The notes below the pieces were generated by a model, which saw nothing but the letters and a program-made list of their open reading frames with translations, had not been told where the DNA came from and ran no database searches. Positions 28,630 through 36,908 of a stretch of DNA of 55,885 nucleotides are shown here, piece by piece. This DNA comes from Pseudomonadota bacterium (GTDB lineage: Bacteria > Desulfobacterota > DSM-4660 > Desulfatiglandales > B25-G16): assembly GCA_030603345.1 (NCBI GenBank), contig JAUVXZ010000001.1:1-55885 (forward strand). Reading direction: 5' to 3'. Both the position numbers and the translations under genes were made by a program. Numbering within the stretch: the first letter of the stretch is position 1; each line of letters begins with the position of its first letter.

Positions 28630-29628
28630 ATGGACACGGCAACACATGCACTAACCGGGTATGTCATTGCGCGGGCGGGATTGAACAAAGGTACGGGAAA
28701 GTGGGGTAGCATAGCAGCAGTGACTGCTTCTATCTTTCCAGACGTTGATGTTCTGCTGGGAATATTTGGATCAGAATTCGCCCTCAAGTACCACCGGGGC
28801 CTGACCAACTCCGTTTTCTTGGTTGTTCCCTTCTCCCTTCTCTTAGCTTTGCTCTTCGCGAAGATCTCTAGGATAGGAAAGTACTGGAGATTCTTTGTGA
28901 TATGTGTGGTGGTGATTGTCGCCCATGACTTTCTCGATCTGGCCACATCTTACGGCACTATGATCCTGAGTCCTTTTTCGGATTACCGGTTCAAGTTGGA
29001 TTGGCTCTTTATCATTGATCCTTATCTGGTTGCTACGCTCCTTCTTCCTCTTGTGGCTTCATTCTTTTGGAAGAAAAAGAGCATAACCCTTGGCAGGGTT
29101 TCGCTTTTAATAGCCACCCTTTATATTGGGTTGTGTGCCTTTAATCACTCCCGGGCCCTGTCTTTGGCAAAAGGTTTTGCGCAGGAAAAGGGGTTGGCGC
29201 CAACTGCCATAGCGGCATTGCCTCAACCCCTGTCTCCTTTTAATTGGGGGAATTACATCCTCACAGACCAAAGCATTTATCAAGGGTTCGTAAACCTGAT
29301 TGCCTCTGAGGATAGGAACCCAGGCAGGGAGAAGAACTTCCTGAGCCGTTTTCTGGCCCGGTATAAGCCTATCCGCCTGGTTCAGTACCAGGAAATACAG
29401 AGGTTTGATGACTCCCCGTGGGTCGAGAAGGCCTTAGAACTCGAAGAGGTGAAGACGTTTTTCTGGTTTGCCCGATTTCCTATTGTCAGGGATAGAGGGT
29501 TTGTAGACGGGAAACGGCGAGTAGAGTTCTTTGACCTTCGCTTTGGTTCGATCAACCAGAGAAGACCGTTTTTATATGCAGTGGACTATGACGAAGCAGG
29601 AAGGGTAGTGTTTCAAGGGTTTCTGTAA
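28630..29628 (+). CDS. Membrane-bound metal-dependent hydrolase (YdjM-like)
   Basis: 332 aa with the N-terminus MDTATHALTGYVIARAGL and several TM helices with conserved His/Asp, followed by an extra-membrane C-terminal domain. Confidence 0.65.
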   Translation: MDTATHALTGYVIARAGLNKGTGKWGSIAAVTASIFPDVDVLLGIFGSEFALKYHRGLTNSVFLVVPFSLLLALLFAKISRIGKYWRFFVICVVVIVAHDFLDLATSYGTMILSPFSDYRFKLDWLFIIDPYLVATLLLPLVASFFWKKKSITLGRVSLLIATLYIGLCAFNHSRALSLAKGFAQEKGLAPTAIAALPQPLSPFNWGNYILTDQSIYQGFVNLIASEDRNPGREKNFLSRFLARYKPIRLVQYQEIQRFDDSPWVEKALELEEVKTFFWFARFPIVRDRGFVDGKRRVEFFDLRFGSINQRRPFLYAVDYDEAGRVVFQGFL

Positions 29629-29696
29629 GCACAGGGCACATCCCTCATTCTTTCCGGAATATACTCATTATCTGAATATTGCCCTCTTTGGATTTC

Positions 29697-29969
29697 TCAG
29701 TGTCTCTTTTCAAAAAATTCTGGATAGAGTATCTTTGCGCATGTTGGACAGATGGTATGAGTATATTTGCCCTCAAAATGATTTCCGAAGTACTTTAGCC
29801 GATCTTGCCAATTGTCATTACTATCACGGATTTTTTTGCAATTTGCGCATATAGGAAACAATGCGCTCAAGGTTTTGACACTTTGCAGCACATTTTCATG
29901 TTTTTTGTCAAATAATTGTCGCGGCCCTTGTGCCTGGTTATCGACTGATAATATGTGATGTTTTCTCAT
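29697..29969 (-). CDS. Small 4-Cys (CxxC...CxxC) protein, putative zinc-ribbon
   Basis: 90 aa containing CANCKKIRDSNDNWQDRLKYFGNHFEGKYTHTICPTCAKILYPEFF. From memory, this motif occurs as a C-terminal module of some PAS/sensor proteins; here it stands alone. Confidence 0.5.
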   Translation of the reverse strand: MRKHHILSVDNQAQGPRQLFDKKHENVLQSVKTLSALFPICANCKKIRDSNDNWQDRLKYFGNHFEGKYTHTICPTCAKILYPEFFEKRH

Positions 29970-30371
29970 TGTGTTTCCTTAAAGTTAGAATACCAATAAA
30001 ATTGTGACTCCATTGGATGAATTCTCTGCTAATAACGTATACGTCTGGGTTTTGATGATTTTGTCCCCTAAAAGATATTGATGATTGTGCCTTTGTAGCC
30101 AACGGAGCACCCCGTCTGAAAATAGAGAAATTGCTATTAAGAGTTTATACTATAATATATAATAAACATATTGACATATAATTATGCAAGAATTATACCT
30201 AAATTAATAAAAATATATGTAACTGATGTTATTATTATAGAAAGAGGGGACAGGAGGGTTCTTTTTTGGTAGCTACTTATCTATTTCTCAGTTTAAGGAC
30301 TAGCCACTCTTTTCCGAAATATCTTGTGAAACAAGCTGAGAAACATCCCCCCACCAGTATGAGTCCTAGCT

Positions 30372-31067
30372 CTAGAGCAACCAGTCCCGGAGCAAGGCAG
30401 TTACTGCCTGAGGCTGTTCCATGGCCGACATGTGGCCACAATCCTCAATGATTGCGAGGCGAGCGTTCGGGATACGAGCCACCATCTCCTCATGGAGCTC
30501 TAGTGGAGTCAAGGTGTCCTGCCGGCCGCACAGGACAAGGGTCGGACATTCAATTCTGTGCAGGTCATCGCGGCTATCTGGTCGAGACATGATCGCTGTC
30601 TCCTGGCGCACAAACGCATCTTGACCAACGCGCCCTGCCATCGACACGATCGCGTTGGTCAGCTGGCGGTCCTGGCGCCGGTTGGGATGAACAAGCTGCG
30701 GCAAAAGTCGGGGCATCACCTGATTGAAACTCCCTTTCAGAGTCAGCTCAATCAATTCCATGCGACCCTTGGTCTTTTCTTTAGTGTCAGCTCGGGCTGA
30801 GGTGTCGAGTAAGGCCAGCTTGGTTACTCGCTCCGGTGCCCTACGCATAATTTCCAGCACCACATAACCACCCATCGAAAGCCCCGCTAGAGCAAAGCGT
30901 TCTGGCGCCTGGATCAGCAGTGCTTCGGCAATGCTGGCCATCGAGTCGTGCTGCGTTACATCAGCAACGGTGATCTCAGCGAGTTCGACCAGGTGTTTGG
31001 ATTGATGCTGCCACAGGGCACGGTCACACAAAAGACCCGGCACTAGCATCAGGTTCTGTCTGCCCAT
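30372..31067 (-). CDS. Alpha/beta-fold hydrolase
   Basis: The nucleophile elbow is LAGLSMGGYV and the catalytic His region is CGHMSAMEQP. ATG 31067 (MGRQNLMLVPGLL) is preferred. GC is about 56% in a hand-counted 100-nt sample, against about 48% in ffh. Confidence 0.85.
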   Translation of the reverse strand: MGRQNLMLVPGLLCDRALWQHQSKHLVELAEITVADVTQHDSMASIAEALLIQAPERFALAGLSMGGYVVLEIMRRAPERVTKLALLDTSARADTKEKTKGRMELIELTLKGSFNQVMPRLLPQLVHPNRRQDRQLTNAIVSMAGRVGQDAFVRQETAIMSRPDSRDDLHRIECPTLVLCGRQDTLTPLELHEEMVARIPNARLAIIEDCGHMSAMEQPQAVTALLRDWLL

Positions 31068-31217
31068 CACCAATGGTTACTCCATTTTCAGGGTGGGTCG
31101 ATCAGACCAATCTGTTTTATATGAACTAACGTTTTTCGAAAAGCAACGATATTGCATAATAAAATCAAAATATTTTCAATGGACTCAAACTGCAAAAAAG
31201 AAATAGGGTCACTTAGC

Positions 31218-31410
31218 AGGCTGTTGCCCAAACGGAAATCCCTTTGAGCGGTCATTAAAACGTTTTTTGAAAACAAATCTTGGCGAAGTGGAAGATAAGC
31301 GATGTCAACTGTCTGAGCCCTAAAGGCGAGTTTTGACATCGCCTGGAGGGAGCCTTAGATTTATCAGAAAACGTTTTAGACTAAGAGAAAATGGATTTCG
31401 GCAACAGCCT
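31218..31410 (-). mobile_element. MITE-like palindromic element, family D copy 2
   Basis: It is the reverse complement of 18072-18264, about 94% identical by eye and the same 193-bp length. Confidence 0.85.
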
Positions 31411-31511
31411 GATTAGGGGTTGACCCTCCATATCATATAAGTGATTTTTAAATTGATCCATTCACTTTCGAGGGGGGTCGAGGGATTTCAGATCCACGGA
31501 GAAACTTCTCT

Positions 31512-32648
31512 CTAGATCTTTCCAAATCCTCTCAATAAAACGCAAGAAAGAACCGTAAGTACCCCCAGAAAGAGAACTCCAACCTGGAAATTCCAGGCAT
31601 CAGCTACTGCGCCCAAGATGGCGGGGGTGAACCCAAGTCCAAACGCGACCCCGATGGCCATGGTTGCTCCAGTAAAGGTACCTCGTTCGTGTAATGTTGT
31701 GAGTTTTGAGATTGCCACGAGGGCAGCCGGAAAGAATCCGGGGGAAAAGGTTGCCTGGAGAATGAGCATTGTCACCAAGAGGGGGAAAGTCCGGGAAACA
31801 GCCACGCCAATCGTTGAAAGACCTGTAGCGAGCAATGAAAAGAGCAGAATCCTTTTGACCCCAAACCGATCCACAAGAAACCCGGCTATGAGTGTCACAA
31901 AAAACCCGCCAATCCGCGAAAAGCCAAGGACGGTATTGGCCATTTCCAGCTCAATTCCCTTCTCCTTGACGAGAAATAAAGGTATCATATTGTAGAAGCC
32001 GAGGCTGCTCGACGCAGCAAAAATCAAGAGGATGGCTATGATCCAGAAATCCCTGCGACGAAGCACCTGTGAGAACCGAACCCGTTTTTCCTCCTGCGGA
32101 TGAGGGTCTGGAGAAAGCGCCCAGAAAAAGATACCGACAATTACGCAGGCTGCACTCAGAACGAAAAAAAAGGTCCTCCAATAGAAAAAAGGCAGGGCAA
32201 GGGCTGTGAAAAGCGGGATGGAGAGAATGCTAAAAGAGGCAGCCGTTTCATGAAATGAGATGGCCTTTCCCCAGTTTTCACCCCTAAAGATTGTGGTCAA
32301 AAGGGGAATGGCGCTTGGCACGTATAGACCCGTACCAATCCCGACAAATACCATAACAGTTGCAAGAGAAGAAAAAGTTGTGGTGTATCTCAAGCAAAAT
32401 AGGGCTGTCGCCAGAATAGCGAACCCTAATGCAATGGAACGTTTGTAGCCAAGACGGGAGGATAGCAATCCAGCTAAGGCCAAGGTTATGCTATAGCCTA
32501 TGGACAGAAAGGTGAATATGCTGCCTGCCAGAGCATGGCTAATGGCGAGCTCATCTTCAATAAGGGGTAGAAGGGGAGAAATGACTGTCCTGCTGGAAAA
32601 GTTGACATACCACAGGCCCCAGAAGAGCAAGAGAAGAAAATATTTCAT
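31512..32648 (-). CDS. MFS transporter
   Basis: 378 aa and hydrophobic throughout, with about 11-12 predicted TM helices and an MFS-like loop motif (GLLSSRLGYKRS). Confidence 0.85.
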   Translation of the reverse strand: MKYFLLLLFWGLWYVNFSSRTVISPLLPLIEDELAISHALAGSIFTFLSIGYSITLALAGLLSSRLGYKRSIALGFAILATALFCLRYTTTFSSLATVMVFVGIGTGLYVPSAIPLLTTIFRGENWGKAISFHETAASFSILSIPLFTALALPFFYWRTFFFVLSAACVIVGIFFWALSPDPHPQEEKRVRFSQVLRRRDFWIIAILLIFAASSSLGFYNMIPLFLVKEKGIELEMANTVLGFSRIGGFFVTLIAGFLVDRFGVKRILLFSLLATGLSTIGVAVSRTFPLLVTMLILQATFSPGFFPAALVAISKLTTLHERGTFTGATMAIGVAFGLGFTPAILGAVADAWNFQVGVLFLGVLTVLSCVLLRGFGKI

Positions 32649-32917
32649 GCCTAAACTCTAAGTAGCCTTCGGAGATTTTACAATCCCTTTATCCTGAATA
32701 TTCGGACTGAAGCCTCGTTCTTTCACCAGAAATAGGGGAAAAGAGTATCGTATTTGGTGCCCTTGCTGAAGGCTTCGAACCGAGAGCTCACCTTAGAGTG
32801 CGCCTACTTCGTACTGAGAGCTTCATGGAACAATCAGGTGCGGATTTACTAAGCAGAGCCTCGTAAGAAGGATCAGTAAAGAGATTGAAAACAAGGTGGG
32901 ATCATCAATGAGATCGC

Positions 32918-32948
32918 AAAAAGGGTTGCGTGAATAATGCAACCCTTT
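32918..32948 (-). terminator. Rho-independent terminator downstream of the GNAT gene
   Basis: The stem pairs AAAGGGTTGC with GCAACCCTTT around a 9-nt loop. On the minus strand it is followed by TTTTTGC. Confidence 0.55.
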
Positions 32949-33014
32949 GATCGGAAGATACTTGAAATTTTTCTATGATGTTAAGGGTAAGATCTTTTCA
33001 CTTTTTGCAAATCC

Positions 33015-33452
33015 TCAATCAAGAGCCTTTTCCAAGTTAACAAAGTCAGATCTATCAAAGCCAAGGGACTTAAAAAAGGATAAAAGGTCAGTTGAATCCC
33101 ACTTAACTGAGGAGTAAATATTTCGTACATCCATTTTCTTAAATTCCTTGAAAACCTCCTGGGCCATCCTCTTTCCAATCCCCTGTCCCATATATTTGGG
33201 GTCAACACCAAAAAGCCCAATCCAGGCACTTTTTTCCAGACCAAATCCACCGTAGAGAATATAGGTGATCAGAAATCCTACCACCTTACTATCAAGTTCA
33301 GCCACAAAGCTAACTCTATCTCTATTTTTTACCTCTTCTTCAACGGCCCTCTGATAATCTATGGTGCCGCGTTTCTCGGTAAGTGCTTTCAGGATTTTGG
33401 AAATATCGGTGAGGTCCTGTTTCCCTAACCTTCTTATAATCAGCTTTTCCAA
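33015..33452 (-). CDS. GNAT-family N-acetyltransferase
   Basis: The acetyl-CoA motif A is GVDPKYMGQGIGKRMAQ. I moved the start to TTG 33452 (LEKLIIRR...), which lies 9 nt after AGGAGG. The track start at 33530 would overlap the upstream small ORF. Confidence 0.8.
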   Translation of the reverse strand: MEKLIIRRLGKQDLTDISKILKALTEKRGTIDYQRAVEEEVKNRDRVSFVAELDSKVVGFLITYILYGGFGLEKSAWIGLFGVDPKYMGQGIGKRMAQEVFKEFKKMDVRNIYSSVKWDSTDLLSFFKSLGFDRSDFVNLEKALD

Positions 33453-33490
33453 TGCGATAGACCTCCTGCCCTCTATATATAGTTTGTTGG

Positions 33491-33667
33491 TTAATCTGTC
33501 CTGATTATCTTTACGTGTTTTCCGACCCACTCTGGTGGAAGATAGATCCGACCGCTGTTACCGCTCAGTTTCACCTCTTTTTCGAGCATTTCTTCTCCAA
33601 AGATCTCAAATTTGACCTTTCTTGCCTTCTCATCTGAGGCGGTCTCGTTTTTTCTTTTACTGTTCAT
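33491..33667 (-). CDS. 58-aa AbrB/SpoVT-like small protein (DUF2080-like, 'putative transposon-encoded protein' family, from memory)
   Basis: Own translation: MNSKRKNETASDEKARKVKFEIFGEEMLEKEVKLSGNSGRIYLPPEWVGKHVKIIRTD. The GNSGRIYLPxxWxGKxVKI motif is characteristic. It falls below the 60-aa threshold of the ORF track. Confidence 0.55.
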   Translation of the reverse strand: MNSKRKNETASDEKARKVKFEIFGEEMLEKEVKLSGNSGRIYLPPEWVGKHVKIIRTD

Positions 33668-34067
33668 CAGTTATCCATCATCCATCTACTGTAACATCAG
33701 GATTGATTAAAGAAAAAGGCACTTACTAGGGTGCAGTTTTCAGAGATGCCTCTCATTGAGGCCGTACTAAAATATATAATATCATAAAATATGATTATTT
33801 TCTAGCCGCAATGTGACTATCTTTTATCATCAAGAAAAGCGATATGGGATTGCAGTAAAGGATAGAGATGCTTGTGGCTCGATTCAAAAAGAATCGACAG
33901 AGAAGAAGGGTGAAACCTGATCATGGTGGAGATTGAATTCTGGGGCTGTCAGACTGAAGTTCTCCGTTATCTGCCACGCTAGGTAACAAGACCTGTTTTT
34001 TCATAGCGATAAGTCTCATTCTGTATTAAAGGTGGGAAGGCTGGTTTTGAGGGAACTTGCTCAAAGA

Positions 34068-34092
34068 AAAGAAGGGGCATGGCCCCTTCTTT
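34068..34092 (-). terminator. Hairpin terminator downstream of the ECF-module operon
   Basis: An 11-bp perfect stem pairs AAAGAAGGGGC with GCCCCTTCTTT around a 3-nt loop. It lies 27 nt after the stop at 34119 and has a T-rich tail on the minus strand. Confidence 0.5.
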
Positions 34093-34118
34093 ATGAAGTG
34101 TGCTTTATTTTAGCGCTC

Positions 34119-34976
34119 TTATTTATACCCACCTCCGCCACCGTGACCCGAGCCTCCTTCATGGCCAGAGCTACCTGGCCCGCCAATTCCGCCCATACTG
34201 CCTGGTCCACTTGTACCTGAAGACTCAAGGCTTTCAGCACCTATTCCTTGTTTGATTGCGCTAGAGTACATCCTTGCAAGGTCCGTGGGTGCAGTGGTTC
34301 TGGAGCGGGTCATAAACGAGGTTCTCATTGCTTTCATCTCTTTTGTACTATAACGGTGTTTCAGGGCCTGACAAACAACATCTGCGGCATCCTTGGAGGA
34401 GGCACCGAGGCGTGCCATATCCCTTGCAGCCCTGAACGTCTCTGTGGCAAGTTCAATTGTTTGAGCTCTCCTCATCTGTTGGGCCCTCTGTTGTAAGCTC
34501 TCCATGATTTCGCCTACATCGTTATCATTCACACCCGCTGCAAGTCCCTTGGCTATCGTATTCCCGAGACTCCGCATCTGGGCTTTCTCCTCTGTGAGTT
34601 CTCTAGCTTGCTCATAGGCGAAGGCATAGCGAGACCTAACGTTTTCCATTGCCTGCACGATATCCCTGTCCTGCACCTGCTTGGCCATTCCTTCATATGC
34701 CTTGTTCATGATGGGTGCTACAGGCAATCCTTGCTCTTGGGCGCTCATTATGATCGCATGCGCTCTCAGGGCATGTTCCTCTCTGAAGTGGTGGTTCAGC
34801 ATGAGCCGGGTCATCTTTATGGCATCATCACTTCCTATGCCAGCACGTATCATCTGTCTGGTACTTACTCTGAGTTGGTCTGTAACCTGATTCGATAGCT
34901 CTTCGTCCACTTCATCCGCAAATGCCACGGCGGCACCAAATAAGAAGACAAAGGCTACTATACATATATTTTTCAT
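34119..34976 (-). CDS. Secreted alpha-helical protein with Gly/His-rich C-terminal tail, unknown function
   Basis: ATG 34976 has a GGAAAGGAGAAAG SD. The signal peptide is MKNICIVAFVFLFGAAVAFA and the tail is GPGSMGGIGGPGSSGHEGGSGHGGGGGYK. Confidence 0.65.
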   Translation of the reverse strand: MKNICIVAFVFLFGAAVAFADEVDEELSNQVTDQLRVSTRQMIRAGIGSDDAIKMTRLMLNHHFREEHALRAHAIIMSAQEQGLPVAPIMNKAYEGMAKQVQDRDIVQAMENVRSRYAFAYEQARELTEEKAQMRSLGNTIAKGLAAGVNDNDVGEIMESLQQRAQQMRRAQTIELATETFRAARDMARLGASSKDAADVVCQALKHRYSTKEMKAMRTSFMTRSRTTAPTDLARMYSSAIKQGIGAESLESSGTSGPGSMGGIGGPGSSGHEGGSGHGGGGGYK

Positions 34977-35032
34977 GTTCGCTTTCTCCTTTCCTGTTGA
35001 TTTAACCTTATAACGTATGACCATTAGAAAGG

Positions 35033-35359
35033 TTACATGTCTGGCACATATATGCAGCTCTCAGAGCCGAAATCGTCGGTTTCCTTGACTCTGCAGGGTG
35101 GTAGGTACACAACCCCGTCCACGATATAGAAATATTTGAATTCCCTGTGTGCTGGAACTTTGGCTTCCCAAATCCTATCATTGCCATGTCTTGCTTTGTG
35201 AAGCTCGTAACCATCCAGGGAAGATACAAAGAAGACATCCTTGGCATTGGGCCTTTTGAGATAAATATGCACCATGTCCTCTTTCACTTTGTAATAATGG
35301 CTTGTGCATCCTGAAAGGATAAGCATGATGGCACCTATGAGTAGGACGTGTGTTTTCAT
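35033..35359 (-). CDS. Lipoprotein with CBM48/AMPK-beta glycogen-binding-like domain
   Basis: The lipobox is MLILSGC. The domain pattern is VFFVSSLDGYELHKARHGNDRIWEAKVPAHREFKYFYIVDGVVY. Confidence 0.6.
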   Translation of the reverse strand: MKTHVLLIGAIMLILSGCTSHYYKVKEDMVHIYLKRPNAKDVFFVSSLDGYELHKARHGNDRIWEAKVPAHREFKYFYIVDGVVYLPPCRVKETDDFGSESCIYVPDM

Positions 35360-35361
35360 GT

Positions 35362-35928
35362 CTATGACTCGACCAAGATGATTGAATTCTCACCACCGAA
35401 ATCATCTCGCTCCCTGGTCGGTACGGTTGGGTCAGCAAATCTCTCCTGACCCTCGAGGATATAAGTGAACCGGTGTTCTCCCTCTGGGAGATTAAGGGTA
35501 ATCTCCCAGTAGCCGGTGGAGCCAGTCCTTTTCATAGGGATCTTTTTCCATTCGGTGAAACTACCGGTGATCTCTGCCCTGATCACATCCGGCCGGTAAA
35601 AGAGGAACCTGTAGGGGACAGCGGTGTGCACTTGAGAAGGCATGGAAAAGAACAAGATGATAAGCACTCCTGCAACTGCTGAGGAGGCAACCAGGCCCAT
35701 GGGACGCAAGAGGGGAGCGAACAGGGAAGAGAAAAATCCTTTGCTCACCTCTAACTTAACTGGCGGAACATGGTCCACCACTTCCGAGCGGATTACCCTT
35801 TCCTGATTCAAAAGCTCAACGGACTCTTCCTTAATGGCTTTGTCGGAATGTACCCTTTCAACAAATTCTATCTTATCGTCGATGCCCAGCTCGTCGTCGA
35901 TGAACATGCTAATCATATCATCCATCAT
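35362..35928 (-). CDS. Anti-sigma factor with periplasmic CBM48-like domain
   Basis: It overlaps the ECF sigma stop by 4 nt. An acidic N-terminal anti-sigma segment is followed by one TM helix (GLVASSAVAGVLIILFFSM). The C-terminus reads ITGSFTEWKKIPMKRTGSTGYWEITLNLPEGEHRFTYILEG. Confidence 0.65.
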   Translation of the reverse strand: MMDDMISMFIDDELGIDDKIEFVERVHSDKAIKEESVELLNQERVIRSEVVDHVPPVKLEVSKGFFSSLFAPLLRPMGLVASSAVAGVLIILFFSMPSQVHTAVPYRFLFYRPDVIRAEITGSFTEWKKIPMKRTGSTGYWEITLNLPEGEHRFTYILEGQERFADPTVPTRERDDFGGENSIILVES

Positions 35929-36401
35929 AATTCTCCTGTTTGGAGGATTTCCTTTAGTTTGCGGCGGGCACGGTGGACCTTCACCTTCACATTGGCCTCG
36001 CTTATGCCCGCAATTAAGGCAATTTTCCGGTAGGTGAACTCCCCAGTTACGACAAGGGCCAGTATATCTCTTTCACTTTTGTCCAGCCTCTGCATGGCCG
36101 AAAGGACCCGGCGATATTCCTCACGAATCATAAGGACATTTTCCTGATCACGAGAGCAGTCCTCTAGGCCTGCCTCAAACTGGGGGTTGTTCCTGCGTCT
36201 TCCTGCATTATCGAAAAGCGCATTCCGCGCTATGGTGTACAGGAGTGAGGAACTCTGTGCTTCACGTCCGTAGTGCTCCAGGTAGCGTGTGAAACTCTCC
36301 TGCATAATATCGCTCGATAGGTAGTAGTCCCCTGTCATGCGCATGAGGTATGCGAAGAGCTTGTCCTTTTGTTCCTCGTAGAATGACACGTATTCACCCA
36401 T
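35925..36401 (-). CDS. ECF-type RNA polymerase sigma-70 family factor
   Basis: Region 2 is DIMQESFTRYLEHY and the region 4 HTH is FTYRKIALIAGISEANVKVKVHRARRKL. ATG 36401 is preferred over the upstream TTG at 36428. Confidence 0.85.
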   Translation of the reverse strand: MGEYVSFYEEQKDKLFAYLMRMTGDYYLSSDIMQESFTRYLEHYGREAQSSSLLYTIARNALFDNAGRRRNNPQFEAGLEDCSRDQENVLMIREEYRRVLSAMQRLDKSERDILALVVTGEFTYRKIALIAGISEANVKVKVHRARRKLKEILQTGEL

Positions 36402-36410
36402 ATCTTTTTT

Positions 36411-36438
36411 ATAACGCACTGGAAACAAAAAGGTTACA
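36411..36438 (-). promoter_or_regulatory. Possible ECF-type autoregulated promoter (TGTAAC-16-CGTTAT)
   Basis: On the minus strand TGTAAC lies at 36438-36433 and CGTTAT at 36416-36411, with a 16-nt spacer. This resembles the ECF AAC-N16-CGT architecture. It ends 9 nt before the ATG, implying a leaderless mRNA. Confidence 0.3.
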
Positions 36439-36908
36439 CTATTTTGTAAATATTTTTAAGCCTGCCATATACTTCATTGGATAGCTCTGGGTGTATCAGG
36501 TTAATAGGAATAGGGAGTTGCTTTCAATGGAGCTTTAAAGATCAAAGGTAATGAATGACTACGGTCAAAGGGCTTTGTGCTGGTGATTTTTGGAGGGTGG
36601 AAGTTTTTTCCGGAAAATTTTTGATATACTCTTAACACAAAGTGGCCAGATCGTAGAGCCGAAAATTCCAGATTGTATGCTACTGCCCACAGTTTTCGGA
36701 ATGTGGGGATATCACTGGGAAATCAAGAACCTAACCAGCTTGCAATTTCGATTCTCTTTGTCACTCTTTTTCGCACCAGCCTGCGGACTATTCTCGGTTT
36801 CCAGTATCGGTGTGCAGTGACCAAGGGTCGCTGCTATTTCATTTTCTATTATGAAAGACGGGTAGGGTTATGAAGGGAGCGGCTCATGTTCCTCAGTGTC
36901 CGCTTGCC

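Noticed and set aside
28342-28946. Minus-strand ORFs of 67-123 aa (28342-28605, 28359-28562, 28575-28946)
   Set aside because: They are antisense to the tmRNA and its terminator or to the 5' end of the YdjM-like gene, and have no independent support.
28470-33700. Classical tmRNA-integrated genomic island
   Set aside because: No integrase or recombinase gene follows ssrA. I could not spot a direct repeat of the ssrA 3' end (GGTTCGACTCCCCCCGCCTCCACCA) downstream; only an 8-nt chance match lies near 33925. It is kept only as a contextual note.
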